Source: Oscillospiraceae bacterium
GTDB taxonomy: Bacteria > Bacillota > Clostridia > Oscillospirales > Oscillospiraceae
DNA length: 64,000 nucleotides
Direction: 5' to 3'
Assembly: GCA_016286665.1 (NCBI GenBank)
Contig: JAEETX010000004.1
Location: forward strand, 2,718-66,717
Shown: positions 1-10,173 of the stretch, one piece after another
How positions within the stretch are numbered: position 1 is the first letter of the stretch
Layout of the letters: every line of letters starts with the position of its first letter
Notes under the pieces: model-generated
The model's database searches: none
Told to the model about the DNA's origin: nothing
The model's input: the letters and a program-made list of their open reading frames with translations, nothing else
Made by a program: the position numbers and the translations under genes

Positions 1-1
1 G

Positions 2-775
2 GTGGATACCGCCATTCCCCAGGCGATCTATTATCTTTGCTTCGCCGTGCTGGCCCAGATCCTCAACCGCCAGAGCATGGGCGTCATCCGTCAGTTTTAT
101 GACGCCAGCCGGAAAAACGAGATGCTTTCCCTGGAAAAGGAAACGGCGGAGTTCCGGGGACGGATCCAGGAGCGCGAGCGGATCAGCCGGGATATCCACA
201 ACAGCGTGGGACATACCATCACCGCGGCCATCTTCGCCCTGGAAGCTGCGAAAATGCAGCGCCCCAAGGAACCGGAAGCGGCCGACGAAAAAACGGACCG
301 GGCCATTGCGCGCATGCGGGAGAGCATGGACATCATCCGCAACAGCGTGCGCATGATGAACGACCAGAATATCATGGACGTGCAGGAGCTGGAAAAGCTG
401 CTGCTTCTCTGCTGCCGTCAGACGGAGCAGGATTCGGACGTTACGATCGACGCGGATTTCAGCGGGCTGGAAAGCGCCGCGGAAACGCCCATGAGTAGCG
501 AGCGAATGAGCTTTCTTTACGGAATGGTGCAGGAATGCGTGACCAACGGCATGAAGCACGGCGGAGCGCACAGATTCCGTTTGAAATCCGCAGTGGAGGA
601 CGGCGAAATCTACGTCGAAGTATGGAACGACGGCAAGGTGCCGGACGACGCGCCGCAGGAGGGCTTCGGTTTGCAGCATCTGAGGAGCTACGCGGAAAAA
701 GCGGGAGGCAGCTTTCAGATCAAGGCGGGCTACGGTTTTTCCGTTCGCCTTTCGCTCCCCCTGGAAAAGCTTTGA
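2..775 (+). CDS. Sensor histidine kinase, C-terminal part (HisKA_3-type H-box plus HATPase_c); 5' end lies outside the window
   Basis: ORF is open at the window edge. It has an H-box-like SRDIHNSVGHTITAAI and ATPase motifs ECVTNGMKHG and EGFGLQHL. Confidence 0.85.
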   Translation: MDTAIPQAIYYLCFAVLAQILNRQSMGVIRQFYDASRKNEMLSLEKETAEFRGRIQERERISRDIHNSVGHTITAAIFALEAAKMQRPKEPEAADEKTDRAIARMRESMDIIRNSVRMMNDQNIMDVQELEKLLLLCCRQTEQDSDVTIDADFSGLESAAETPMSSERMSFLYGMVQECVTNGMKHGGAHRFRLKSAVEDGEIYVEVWNDGKVPDDAPQEGFGLQHLRSYAEKAGGSFQIKAGYGFSVRLSLPLEKL

Positions 776-786
776 GGAGGGACAGA

Positions 787-1998
787 ATGATCACGGTCGC
801 AGTGATCGGCGGCGGCGCCTCCGGGATGATGGCTGCGTTGACAGCCGCTTCCCGCGGCGCCGCGGTTACTGTATTTGAGCGGCAGAGCCGGCTTGGACGA
901 AAGCTGGCCGTTACGGGCAACGGCCGCTGTAATCTGACGAATCTTCACGCTTCGCCGGAATCCTATCACGGGACGGATCGGAGCTTTGCCGTCCCCGCCC
1001 TCCGGCGATTCGGGCAGGAGGAAACACGGAAATACTTCCGTGAACTTGGCCTCATTACCGTCGCAGAGCCGAACGGCAAGGTCTATCCTCTGTCGGATAC
1101 GGCGGGCAGCGTGGTGGATGTGCTGCGCTATGCGCTGGACGCAGCGGGCGTTCGTCTCCTTGACGGCTGTGAGGTGAACCGTCTGGAGAGGACAAAAAAC
1201 GGCTTGCTTATTTCGTGGGCGGGCGGCAGTATGGCCGCGGACCGCGTGATCGTGGCCTGCGGCGGCATGGCGGGGGAGCGCTTCGGCGGCACAGGCCTGG
1301 GCTACCGCCTGCTGGGGGAGCTGGGCCATCCCTGTACGCCCCTGCGCTGTGCGCTGGTGCAGCTGCGCTCCGATAATCCCGGCTGCCGCAGCCTGAAGGG
1401 TGTGCGGGCGGACGCCGGCGTCACGGTGACCCGCCGCGGCAGGATTCTGGCCGCGACGGAGGGCGAAGTGCAGTTCACCGACACGGGGCTCTCCGGTCCC
1501 GCGATCTTTGAAATCTCCCGAACCGCGCTGGAGCAGCCGGAGACCGTGGTGAACCTCGATCTTGTCAGGGACCTCAGCGAGGAGGAATTGGCCGGGATGC
1601 TGCTTCGCCGCGCAAAAAACACGCCCCGGCTGACGCTGGGAGATGTGTTTGTGGGAACGGTGCAGAACCGCATCGGACGGGTGCTGGTTGCCGCAGAAGG
1701 ATTGAAAGCCTCGGAAAGCGTGGCCGGGCTTGCGGAAAAAACGGCGCTGAGACTGGCGAAAAGGGCAAAATGCTTCGCCTTTCCCGTGACCGGGGATCTG
1801 GGCCCCGCCAATGCCCAGGTGACGGTGGGCGGCATTCGGACGGACGGTTTCGATCCGCACACGATGGAAAGCCGGCTTTGTCCCGGCGTCTATGCCTGCG
1901 GGGAAGTGCTGGATGTGGACGGGGACTGCGGCGGGTATAATCTCCAGTGGGCCTGGTCCAGCGGTCGCCTTGCAGGCGTGTGCGCTGCCGGGGGATAA
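787..1998 (+). CDS. NAD(P)/FAD-dependent oxidoreductase, HI0933/BaiN-like flavoprotein
   Basis: In-frame ATG at 787 follows GAGGAGGG. N-terminal dinucleotide fold VAVIGGGASGMMAA; C-terminal GEVLDVDGDCGGYNLQWAWSSG is typical of this family. Confidence 0.8.
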   Translation: MITVAVIGGGASGMMAALTAASRGAAVTVFERQSRLGRKLAVTGNGRCNLTNLHASPESYHGTDRSFAVPALRRFGQEETRKYFRELGLITVAEPNGKVYPLSDTAGSVVDVLRYALDAAGVRLLDGCEVNRLERTKNGLLISWAGGSMAADRVIVACGGMAGERFGGTGLGYRLLGELGHPCTPLRCALVQLRSDNPGCRSLKGVRADAGVTVTRRGRILAATEGEVQFTDTGLSGPAIFEISRTALEQPETVVNLDLVRDLSEEELAGMLLRRAKNTPRLTLGDVFVGTVQNRIGRVLVAAEGLKASESVAGLAEKTALRLAKRAKCFAFPVTGDLGPANAQVTVGGIRTDGFDPHTMESRLCPGVYACGEVLDVDGDCGGYNLQWAWSSGRLAGVCAAGG

Positions 1999-1999
1999 G

Positions 2000-3592
2000 A
2001 TGCTGCGATTAAGAAATCTGACCCTGTCCCCGGAGGAGGATCGGCCGGAAAAGCTGAAAAAACTGGCCGGAGAAGCGTTGGGACTTCCTCCTTCGGAAAT
2101 CAGGGAGCTGCGGATCGTGCGCCGCAGCATCGACGCGCGGAAAAAGGATCGCGTCAAGCTCCTCTATACCGTGGATGTCTCGGTGGAGGAGGAAGACGCT
2201 CTGGCGGAAAACGTCAGTGCCGAGCTGGCCGCTCCGGAAGATGCGTTCCGCATGCCCGAGCCGAAGGGCTTGCCCGGGCAGCGCCCGGTCGTGGCAGGCT
2301 TCGGGCCGGCCGGAATGTTCATCGCACTGGCGCTGGCGGAAGCCGGTCTGCGTCCGCTGGTGCTGGAACGGGGCCTGCCCGTGGAGCAGCGCCGCGAAAA
2401 AGTCCGGCTGCTTCGGGAAACGGGTGTGCTTGACCCGGAATGCAACGTGCAGTTCGGGGAGGGCGGCGCCGGCACCTTCTCCGACGGAAAACTGAATACC
2501 GGCATCGGCGGTTCGGAGGCCGCCTATGTCCTGCGCCGTCTGGTGGATTTCGGGGCAAAGCAGCGCATCCTCTGGGACGCAGCGCCCCACGTCGGCACCG
2601 ACGTGCTTGCCCAGGTGGTAGCAAATCTTCGCAGGCATATCCAGTCTCTGGGCGGGGAGATCCGCTTCGGCTGCCGGGTCGCCGATTTGATCCTTCGGGA
2701 CGGCGTTTTGATGGGCGTCCGGACGGAATCCGTCGACGGGATGGGGGAGATCGACTGCGACACCCTGTTTCTGGCGGTGGGACACAGCGCCAGAGATACC
2801 TTTGAAATGCTGCTGCGCCGCGGTGCGGCGATGGAACCCAAGCCCTTTGCCATGGGCGTTCGCATCGAACACCTGCAGGAACGGATCGACCGGATCCAAT
2901 ACGGGCGCTATGCCGGACATCCTTCCCTCGGCGCAGCGAGCTACAAGCTGGCGGTGCATCTGCCGGACGGTACGGGGGTTTATACCTTCTGCATGTGTCC
3001 CGGCGGCTATGTGATGGCGGCGGCCTCCGAGGAAGGGGGCGTCGTCACCAATGGAATGAGCTATTCCGGCAGAGCGGGGAAGAACGCCAACAGCGCCCTG
3101 CTGGTTTCCTTGAAGCCGGAGCAGTTTCCGGAAAAGGACCCGCTGGGCGGGATGCGCTGGCAGCGGAGCCTGGAAAAGCGCGCGTTTGCATCCGGCGGAG
3201 GAAGCTACGCTGCGCCGGTACAGACCGTGGGGGATTTTCTGGACCGCCGGCCGTCGACCGGCCCCGGCAGCGTCGTTCCCACGTACCTGCCGGGCGTACG
3301 ATACGGAGACCTGGATCGGTCGCTTCCCAGCGTCATCACCGATTCCCTGCGGGCCGGCCTGCCTTTGCTGGACCGAAAGCTGAAAGGCTTTGCCGATCCG
3401 CAGGCGATCCTCACCGCGCCGGAAACCCGTTCCAGCTCCCCGGTGCGCCTGCTGCGCCTGGAAGACCGGCAAGCGGTCGGCATTCGCGGCCTGTACCCCT
3501 GCGGGGAAGGGGCCGGTTGGGCCGGCGGCATCGTCTCCGCCGCCGCGGACGGGCTCCGAAGCGCTGCAGCATATTTGAAGAAATTGAAGTAA
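2000..3592 (+). CDS. FAD-dependent protein (COG2509-type NAD(P)/FAD oxidoreductase)
   Basis: ATG at 2000 lies 1 nt after the previous stop. Motifs VVAGFGPAGMFIAL, FSDGKLNT and CPGGYVM, plus C-terminal YPCGEGAGWAGGI. Confidence 0.75.
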   Translation: MLRLRNLTLSPEEDRPEKLKKLAGEALGLPPSEIRELRIVRRSIDARKKDRVKLLYTVDVSVEEEDALAENVSAELAAPEDAFRMPEPKGLPGQRPVVAGFGPAGMFIALALAEAGLRPLVLERGLPVEQRREKVRLLRETGVLDPECNVQFGEGGAGTFSDGKLNTGIGGSEAAYVLRRLVDFGAKQRILWDAAPHVGTDVLAQVVANLRRHIQSLGGEIRFGCRVADLILRDGVLMGVRTESVDGMGEIDCDTLFLAVGHSARDTFEMLLRRGAAMEPKPFAMGVRIEHLQERIDRIQYGRYAGHPSLGAASYKLAVHLPDGTGVYTFCMCPGGYVMAAASEEGGVVTNGMSYSGRAGKNANSALLVSLKPEQFPEKDPLGGMRWQRSLEKRAFASGGGSYAAPVQTVGDFLDRRPSTGPGSVVPTYLPGVRYGDLDRSLPSVITDSLRAGLPLLDRKLKGFADPQAILTAPETRSSSPVRLLRLEDRQAVGIRGLYPCGEGAGWAGGIVSAAADGLRSAAAYLKKLK

Positions 3593-3606
3593 CCGAAACC
3601 GAAAAG

Positions 3607-3636
3607 AAAACCCGCCGTCTTAGAACGGCGGGTTTT
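3607..3636 (+). terminator. Rho-independent terminator
   Basis: Stem aaaacccgccgt / acggcgggtttt with a 6-nt loop, ending in a T run. Confidence 0.8.
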
Positions 3637-3700
3637 GCTGCAAGAAAGCAATAATCAAATGGCAGAGAATGAAATTCGCAGAAATAATTATATAATCGGA

Positions 3701-3729
3701 TTGACAAATCATAACGGACGTGCTATACT
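3701..3729 (+). promoter_or_regulatory. Sigma-70-type promoter (TTGACA-17-TATACT)
   Basis: -35 TTGACA at 3701-3706, 17-nt spacer, -10 TATACT at 3724-3729, just upstream of the RHH gene. Confidence 0.65.
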
Positions 3730-3748
3730 GTGCCTGTCAGAAGGAGAG

Positions 3749-4408
3749 GTGTATGGCAAAGTGAAAAAGACGCTGTACAGTCTGCTGCTGGATGAAGATG
3801 TGGTGCGGGCGGTGGATCAGCTGGCGCATCGCCGCGGGACCAGCCGCAGCGCGCTGGTGAATCAGCTTCTGGCGGAACAGCTGGATCTGATGACGCCGGA
3901 GCGCAGGATCGCCGAGGTTATGCAGGTCATGGAATCCCTCTTCCGGCCGGACCCTGAGCTGATCCCCATGGTTACTCCCAATGCCCTCAGCATGTCCATG
4001 AAGAGCGCGCTGGATTATAAATACCGGCCTACGGTGAAATACGAGGTGGAGCTTTACCGCAGCGGGGAAGGCTCCATCGGGGAACTGACGGTATCCTACC
4101 GGACGCAGTCCGCCGAGCTGCTGAATGCCATGGGGCGGTTTTTCCGCCTGTGGAAGCAGCTGGAGGACGCTTATCTCGCGCCCAAGCTGGGCCACGAAGT
4201 CCCCTGCGTTCTTTATGACGGCAAATTCGTCCGCAGCATTTCCGTTCCCAGCCGGGATTGCTCGGCAAAGGAACTGGCGGAAACCATCTCGGAATACGTT
4301 CATTTGTTTGACAGGCTTTTGAAAGGCTGTCTGTCCGGCAGGCTGAACGCTGCGGAAGCAGAGCGGCAGTATGCCGCCCATGTCAACGCCGGCGGCCTGC
4401 TGATTTAA
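3749..4408 (+). CDS. Ribbon-helix-helix (CopG-like) domain protein with an uncharacterised ~170-aa C-terminal domain
   Basis: N-terminus [40 protein letters not shown] looks like an RHH fold. Start is GTG 3749 or, more likely, GTG 3761 after AAGGAGAGG. The longer track ORF from 3635 would overlap the promoter and terminator. Confidence 0.6.
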   Translation: MYGKVKKTLYSLLLDEDVVRAVDQLAHRRGTSRSALVNQLLAEQLDLMTPERRIAEVMQVMESLFRPDPELIPMVTPNALSMSMKSALDYKYRPTVKYEVELYRSGEGSIGELTVSYRTQSAELLNAMGRFFRLWKQLEDAYLAPKLGHEVPCVLYDGKFVRSISVPSRDCSAKELAETISEYVHLFDRLLKGCLSGRLNAAEAERQYAAHVNAGGLLI

Positions 4409-4421
4409 GGAGGCGAACATC

Positions 4422-7004
4422 ATGGACAGCAATAAGTACACGCAGAAAACGGTGGAAACTCTGAAAGCCGCCCAAAATCTGGCGGAGGAAAACCACAACC
4501 AGTATATCACACCTGAGCACATCCTGTTCGGTCTGCTGTCCCAGGATAACGGTCTGATCCCGTCGCTGTTCGAGAAACTGGGAGCGGACAATGAAGCTAT
4601 CCTGACGGAGCTCAGCAGCGAGATTTCCAAGCTACCCAAGGTGGGCGGCGCGGACGACAAAATCTATATTTCCCATGAAACGGAGCGGGTCCTGCGGGCT
4701 GCGGAAAAAGCGGGGGACTCCATGCATGACGAATACCTCAGCGTGGAACACCTGATGCTGGGCATCTTTGCCGCGCCGACGGCGGCGATCCGCCGGATCC
4801 TCAGCGACCACGGCATCCGAAAAGCCGCCTTTGCGGAGGCGCTCAGCCAGGTGAAGACGTCGCCGGTCACCAGCGACAATCCCGAAAGCACCTATGACGC
4901 CCTCTCCAAATACGGGACCGATCTGGTCAAACGCGCCAGGGAACAGACGCCGGACCCGGTCATCGGCAGAGACGCGGAGATCAGAAACGTGATCCGCATC
5001 CTCTCCCGCAAGACGAAGAACAACCCCGTCCTCATCGGCGAACCCGGCGTGGGCAAGACCGCCATCGCCGAGGGCCTGGCCCAGCGGATCGTCCGGGGCG
5101 ACGTGCCGGAGGGCTTGAAGGACAAATCCATCTTTTCCCTGGATATGGGCGCGCTGATCGCCGGGGCAAAATACCGGGGCGAATTTGAGGAACGGCTGAA
5201 AGCGGTGCTGGAGGAGATACGCAAGAGCGAAGGGAAGATCCTCCTGTTCATCGACGAGCTGCATACCATCGTCGGCGCAGGCCGCACGGAGGGCAGCATG
5301 GATGCGGGCAATCTGTTGAAGCCCATGCTGGCCAGGGGTGAGCTGCACTGCATCGGCGCGACGACGCTGGACGAATACCGCAAGTATATCGAAAAGGACG
5401 CTGCCCTGGAGCGGCGCTTCCAGCCCGTCATGGTGGATGAACCCACAGTAGAGGATACCATTTCCATTCTCCGCGGCCTGAAGGAGCGGTATGAGGTTTT
5501 CCACGGCGTGCGCATCCACGACAGCGCTTTGGTGGCGGCGGCCACCCTGTCCAACCGCTATATCAGCGACCGGTTCCTGCCGGATAAAGCCATCGACCTG
5601 GTGGACGAAGCCTGCGCCAAGCTGCGCACGGAGATCGATTCCCTGCCTTCCGAGCTGGACGATGTGCGGCGCAAGGTGATGCAGCTGGAGATCGAGGAAA
5701 TGGCCCTGAAAAAAGAGACCGACCAGCTCTCCCAGGAGCGGCTCGGGAAGCTGCGGGCCGAGCTTGCGGAGCAGCGGGATCTGTTCAATGAGATGAAATC
5801 CCGCTGGGAGCGGGAGAAGGACAGCGTGGAATCCGTGAAGACCCTCAAGAGCGAGATCGAGCGGGTGAAGGGCGAGATCGAAAACGCCCAGCTGCGCTAT
5901 GAGTATGAGACGGCGGCCAAGCTGAAATACTCTGATCTGCCCGCCCTGGAGCAGAAACTGAAGGAAGCGGAGGAAGCAGGGGCCGCGAAGAAAGGCGACA
6001 GCCTGGTCCACGACACGGTGACGGAGGAGGAGATCGCCGATATCGTCGCCAAGTGGACGGGAATCCCGGTTTCCAAGCTGATGGAGAGCGAGCGGCAGAA
6101 GCTGCTGCAGCTGGACAAGGTGATCCATAAGCGGGTCGTCGGCCAGGATGAAGCCGTGCAGAAGGTGACGGAAGCGATCCTTCGCTCCCGCGCCGGCATC
6201 GCAGACCCCAACCGCCCCATCGGCAGCTTCCTGTTCCTCGGCCCCACGGGTGTGGGCAAGACGGAACTGGCCAAAGCGCTGGCGGAGTGCCTCTTTGACG
6301 ACGAGCACAGCATGGTGCGCATCGACATGACGGAGTATATGGAGAAGTTTTCCGTCAGCCGTTTGATCGGCGCGCCTCCGGGATATGTGGGTTATGACGA
6401 GGGCGGCCAGCTGACGGAAGCGGTCCGCAGGAAACCCTACAGCGTTGTGTTGTTTGACGAGGTGGAAAAAGCCCATCCCGACGTGTTCAACATCCTGCTG
6501 CAGATCCTGGACGACGGACGCATCACGGATTCCCAGGGCCGTACCGTGGATTTCAAGAACACAGTCATCATCCTCACCAGCAATCTGGGCAGCCAGTATC
6601 TGCTGGACGGCGTAAGGGAAGACGGCACGATCCGGGAAGACGCCGAGGAAGCGGTCATGGGCGAACTGCGCCGCTGCTTCCGGCCGGAGTTCCTGAACCG
6701 GCTGGACGAGACCATCTGCTTCCGCCCGCTGACGAAGGACAACCTGACCGGCATCATCGATATCCTGACGGAATCCCTCCGCAGCCGCCTGGCGGAAAAG
6801 TCCCTGGGTCTGGTGCTGACGGAGGCCGCGAAGACCTATGTCATCGACAACGCCTATGATCCGGCCTACGGCGCGCGGCCGCTGAAGCGCTTCCTGCAGA
6901 GCCGGGTGGAGACCCTGGTCGCACGAAAGATACTGGGCGACGAGCTCAGCGCAGGGGATACCATTACGATCGATGTGTCGAACGGTCAGCTGATCTGCAG
7001 ATAA
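4422..7004 (+). CDS. clpB: ATP-dependent chaperone ClpB
   Basis: 860 aa with two AAA+ modules ([10 protein letters not shown] and [12 protein letters not shown]), a long middle coiled coil and a Clp N-domain. Confidence 0.97.
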   Translation: MDSNKYTQKTVETLKAAQNLAEENHNQYITPEHILFGLLSQDNGLIPSLFEKLGADNEAILTELSSEISKLPKVGGADDKIYISHETERVLRAAEKAGDSMHDEYLSVEHLMLGIFAAPTAAIRRILSDHGIRKAAFAEALSQVKTSPVTSDNPESTYDALSKYGTDLVKRAREQTPDPVIGRDAEIRNVIRILSRKTKNNPVLIGEPGVGKTAIAEGLAQRIVRGDVPEGLKDKSIFSLDMGALIAGAKYRGEFEERLKAVLEEIRKSEGKILLFIDELHTIVGAGRTEGSMDAGNLLKPMLARGELHCIGATTLDEYRKYIEKDAALERRFQPVMVDEPTVEDTISILRGLKERYEVFHGVRIHDSALVAAATLSNRYISDRFLPDKAIDLVDEACAKLRTEIDSLPSELDDVRRKVMQLEIEEMALKKETDQLSQERLGKLRAELAEQRDLFNEMKSRWEREKDSVESVKTLKSEIERVKGEIENAQLRYEYETAAKLKYSDLPALEQKLKEAEEAGAAKKGDSLVHDTVTEEEIADIVAKWTGIPVSKLMESERQKLLQLDKVIHKRVVGQDEAVQKVTEAILRSRAGIADPNRPIGSFLFLGPTGVGKTELAKALAECLFDDEHSMVRIDMTEYMEKFSVSRLIGAPPGYVGYDEGGQLTEAVRRKPYSVVLFDEVEKAHPDVFNILLQILDDGRITDSQGRTVDFKNTVIILTSNLGSQYLLDGVREDGTIREDAEEAVMGELRRCFRPEFLNRLDETICFRPLTKDNLTGIIDILTESLRSRLAEKSLGLVLTEAAKTYVIDNAYDPAYGARPLKRFLQSRVETLVARKILGDELSAGDTITIDVSNGQLICR

Positions 7005-7020
7005 TCTGGCCATAGCGAGT

Positions 7021-7057
7021 CCCCGGCAGGTTAAAACGCCTGCCGGGGCTTTTTTTC
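7021..7057 (+). terminator. Rho-independent terminator of clpB
   Basis: Stem ccccggcagg / cctgccgggg followed by 7 T. Confidence 0.9.
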
Positions 7058-7086
7058 TTGCATTAGCGGGAAAAAGGCGGTATAAA
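7058..7086 (+). promoter_or_regulatory. Sigma-70-type promoter (TTGCAT-17-TATAAA)
   Basis: -35 at 7058-7063 and -10 at 7081-7086, about 30 nt upstream of the 7117 start. Confidence 0.55.
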
Positions 7087-7116
7087 TAAAGAAAGACAAA
7101 TTCGGGAGGAATCACC

Positions 7117-8778
7117 ATGTATCAGGATGGAAAACTCTGGATCGCAAAATCCGTGAACGGCGAAAAGGTATGCATCGAACCCGACAAAGCCAACCGGCAC
7201 GGCCTCATCGCCGGCGCAACCGGCACCGGCAAGACCGTCACCCTCAAGGTCCTGGCGGAGAGCTTTTCCGACATGGGCGTGCCCGTGTTTCTGGCGGACG
7301 TCAAGGGCGACCTGGGCGGCATGGTGGCTCCCGGCCGCGACACGGAGGATATGCAGAAGCGCATCGCCCGTTTTGGTATCGAGGGCTGGAAATACCAGGC
7401 CTATCCCACCCGCTTCTGGGATGTTTACGGAGAGGGCGGGCATCCGATCCGCACCACCATCAGCGACATGGGGCCCCTGCTCATGGCCCGCGTGCTGGGT
7501 CTGAATGAAACGCAGACCGGCGTCCTCAACATCGCATTCCGCGTAGCGGATGAAAACGGATTGCTGCTGCTGGACCTGAAGGACCTCAAGGCCATGCTGC
7601 GCCTCATTTCCGAGCAGGCCAAAGAACTGAGCCTGGAATACGGCAATATCGCGCCGCAGTCCGTCAGCGCCATCATCCGCAGCCTGGTCTCTCTGGAGGA
7701 CCAGGGGGGCGACCTGTTCTTCGGCGAACCGGCCTTTGAGGTGAAGGATTGGATACAGACCACCTATGACGGGCGGGGATGGATCAATATCCTCCACTGT
7801 GTGAAGCTGTTCCAGCATCCCGCGCTGTATTCCACCTTCCTCCTGTGGATGCTGTCGGAACTCTATGAGAATCTGCCGGAGGCCGGCGACCTTACCAAAC
7901 CGAAGATCGTGTTCTTCTTCGATGAGGCGCACCTCCTGTTCAATGAAGCGCCGAAAGCGCTGCTGCAGAAGATCGAGCTGATCGTGCGCCTGGTGCGCAG
8001 CAAGGGCGTTGGCGTCTATTTCATCACCCAGAGCCCCACGGACCTGCCCGGCGATATCCTGGCGCAACTGGGAAATCGCGTGCAGCATGCCCTCCGCGCC
8101 TATACCCCGGCGGAGCAGAAAAAAGTCAAGGCCGCCGCCGAGACCTTCCGGCCCAATCCGGAATTCAAAACGCTGGACGCCATTATGGAGCTCGGCACCG
8201 GCGAAGCGCTGGTCTCCTTCCTTTCCGCCGACGGCAGCCCCATGGCGGTGGAGCGCTGCTTCATCCTTCCGCCCCAGAGCCGCATGGGCAGCATCAGCGA
8301 CGAGGAGCGGGCGTCGGCCATCGCTAACGACGGCATCGGGGACCGATATGATACGCCCGTAGACAGGGAATCCGCCTATGAGATTCTGGCGGCCAGGGCG
8401 GAAGAAGTACAGGAGGAGCTGGAGCGGGAGCAGGAGGAAAAGCAGGCGGCCAAGGAAGCCGCAGCGGCGCAGAAGGCTGCGGAGAAAGAAGCGCTGGCAG
8501 CGCAGAAGGCCGCGGAAAGAGAGGCCGCGGCTGCACAGAAAGCGTCGGACCGGAAAAAGAGCCAGGTCATGAAAAAGGCGGAGCGGATCACAACCAACGC
8601 CGCCAAGAGCGCGACCACCAGCGTCATCAGCAGCACCATCCGGCGTCCCACCGGCAAAAAGCTGGGCGTGGGAAAGCGGGCGGTCAACAGCGCTTTCAAC
8701 AGCGTCGTCAACGGCGTCGGCAGGGAAATCAGCGGCAGCATCGTCCGCGGCATTTTCGGCACGCTGACGAAAAGATAA
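7117..8778 (+). CDS. HerA-like/DUF853 (YjgR-type) P-loop ATPase with a Lys/Ala-rich repetitive C-terminal tail
   Basis: Walker A GATGTGKTVT and Walker B IVFFFDEAHLLF. The tail repeats AAQKAAEKEA-like units. Confidence 0.75.
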   Translation: MYQDGKLWIAKSVNGEKVCIEPDKANRHGLIAGATGTGKTVTLKVLAESFSDMGVPVFLADVKGDLGGMVAPGRDTEDMQKRIARFGIEGWKYQAYPTRFWDVYGEGGHPIRTTISDMGPLLMARVLGLNETQTGVLNIAFRVADENGLLLLDLKDLKAMLRLISEQAKELSLEYGNIAPQSVSAIIRSLVSLEDQGGDLFFGEPAFEVKDWIQTTYDGRGWINILHCVKLFQHPALYSTFLLWMLSELYENLPEAGDLTKPKIVFFFDEAHLLFNEAPKALLQKIELIVRLVRSKGVGVYFITQSPTDLPGDILAQLGNRVQHALRAYTPAEQKKVKAAAETFRPNPEFKTLDAIMELGTGEALVSFLSADGSPMAVERCFILPPQSRMGSISDEERASAIANDGIGDRYDTPVDRESAYEILAARAEEVQEELEREQEEKQAAKEAAAAQKAAEKEALAAQKAAEREAAAAQKASDRKKSQVMKKAERITTNAAKSATTSVISSTIRRPTGKKLGVGKRAVNSAFNSVVNGVGREISGSIVRGIFGTLTKR

Positions 8779-8797
8779 CAGAGTCTAAGAGAGTGGA

Positions 8798-8825
8798 AAT
8801 GGCCGCCGGGAACCCGGCGGCCATT
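8798..8825. terminator. Hairpin terminator between convergent genes
   Basis: 12-bp stem aatggccgccgg / ccggcggccatt with a 4-nt loop. Confidence 0.7.
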
Positions 8826-8836
8826 CTTCAGCGCTC

Positions 8837-9817
8837 TTATTCCTTGCTGCGGTCCCAGTCTTCCTTGAGACCCGGCGGCGTGGTCTGCTTTTCATAGACG
8901 GGGTTATAGGTGAGGCTGCCGAAGAATTTCAACGCCTCCGCCCGTTCCTTGCGCTTGGGGGTGATGGGTTCGTCGGGGATAGCCCGCACCTGCGCGTCGT
9001 TGCGGCACTGCGCGCCGGCTTTGAATTCGGGGTGGGTCCAGATGAAGATGTCGCCCCGCTGTACGCCCATGATGACGCGCTCGCCAAGCTCATCGGGGGT
9101 CATAAAGATGTTGCTGAAATCCGGAAAAGCCGGCATCTTCGGCGCTTCCTCACCATCCTTGCGGGGAGGGGGCGCGAAGGGAATTTCGCCCTTGTTTTTC
9201 AGCGCTTCCGGTCTGACGGCGGAGGAGCTGATGCCCAGCTGGCTGTTGGTGGGTCCCGGATAAAGCACGCTGGCGCCCACGTTGGTGCCCTGCAGATCGG
9301 CGGCGCAGCACTCCATGAGACCGCTGACGAAGAATTTCGTTGTGTTGTAAAGCGCGCAGCCGTCCACGGCGAAAACGCCGCCGGTGGAGGAGGTGGAAAC
9401 CACATGGGCTTCCTCACCGTGCTTGAGCATCCTGGGAACGATGGTCTTGATGCCGTTGACCACGCCCATGCAGTTGATGCTCATGATGAAATCCCAGTCA
9501 TTCCAGGTGGAATCCCAGGCGTTGCGCCCGGCGGACACGCCGGCGTTGTTGACCAGAAGGTGGATTTTGCCATAGACTTCTTCCGCCTTGTCAGCGGCTT
9601 TGGCATAAGCCTCCCGGTCCGTCACGTCCAGGGGAATGGCGATGGCGTCATATCCCCGTTCCTCGTACCACTTCATTGCTTCCTTGAGCGCATCCTCCCG
9701 CTTGTCCACGACGCAGACCTTCATGCCGTGCTTGGCGCAGGCGTGGGCAATGCCGCTGCCGATACCGCTGGCGCTGCCGGTGATAAAGGCAACCTTGTCC
9801 TTGAATTCACGAATCAT
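8837..9817 (-). CDS. SDR-family oxidoreductase with a long C-terminal extension
   Basis: Start MIREFKDKVAFITGSASGIGSG follows GGAAAGAGG. Motifs NNAG and YNTTK are present. The 27-codon upstream extension in the track has no SD. Confidence 0.85.
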   Translation of the reverse strand: MIREFKDKVAFITGSASGIGSGIAHACAKHGMKVCVVDKREDALKEAMKWYEERGYDAIAIPLDVTDREAYAKAADKAEEVYGKIHLLVNNAGVSAGRNAWDSTWNDWDFIMSINCMGVVNGIKTIVPRMLKHGEEAHVVSTSSTGGVFAVDGCALYNTTKFFVSGLMECCAADLQGTNVGASVLYPGPTNSQLGISSSAVRPEALKNKGEIPFAPPPRKDGEEAPKMPAFPDFSNIFMTPDELGERVIMGVQRGDIFIWTHPEFKAGAQCRNDAQVRAIPDEPITPKRKERAEALKFFGSLTYNPVYEKQTTPPGLKEDWDRSKE

Positions 9818-9928
9818 GATAATTCCTCTTTCCTTGTTTATTTTGCTGTATAGATGATAGCAAATGACGGGCAAAATTGCAAGAGATTCACAAAACAAAT
9901 GCGATATCGGAGAATTCGGAAAAAGCGC

Positions 9929-9956
9929 TTGACAAAAGAGGAAAATCGGGTATAAT
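9929..9956 (+). promoter_or_regulatory. Sigma-70-type promoter of tRNA-Gln (TTGACA-16-TATAAT)
   Basis: Consensus hexamers at 9929-9934 and 9951-9956, about 28 nt upstream of the tRNA. Confidence 0.7.
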
Positions 9957-9983
9957 TACGAATGTTCGCCAGAGAAGCGATAA

Positions 9984-10057
9984 AGCGGGATTGTGTAAGG
10001 GTAGCACAGCGGACTCTGACTCCGTATGTGAGGGTTCAAATCCTTCTCCCGCTGCCA
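9984..10057 (+). tRNA. tRNA-Gln (anticodon CTG)
   Basis: Manual cloverleaf: acceptor AGCGGGA/TCCCGCT, anticodon stem GCGGA/TCCGT with loop CTCTGAC, T-loop TTCAAAT, encoded CCA; 74 nt. Confidence 0.9.
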
Positions 10058-10110
10058 AATCGAGTGGCAATAACGGATTTCACGTTGTTGCCACTCGATT
10101 TCTATATCAT

Positions 10111-10136
10111 TGCAGGCTTTTGCCTGCATTTTTCTT
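10111..10136 (+). terminator. Rho-independent terminator after tRNA-Gln
   Basis: Stem tgcaggc / gcctgca with loop tttt, followed by tttttctt. A second 13-bp hairpin (10058-10100) lies directly after the tRNA. Confidence 0.75.
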
Positions 10137-10173
10137 ACGCGAGCTTGGAAGAACGTCTCCTTTGCACAGACTT

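Noticed and set aside
4632-7118. An 828-aa ORF on the minus strand spanning all of clpB.
   Set aside because: It is an antisense shadow ORF, typical of high-GC coding DNA. The protein is low-complexity and rich in R/A/G/H/Q, with no SD or recognisable motif, while the plus-strand frame is an unmistakable ClpB.
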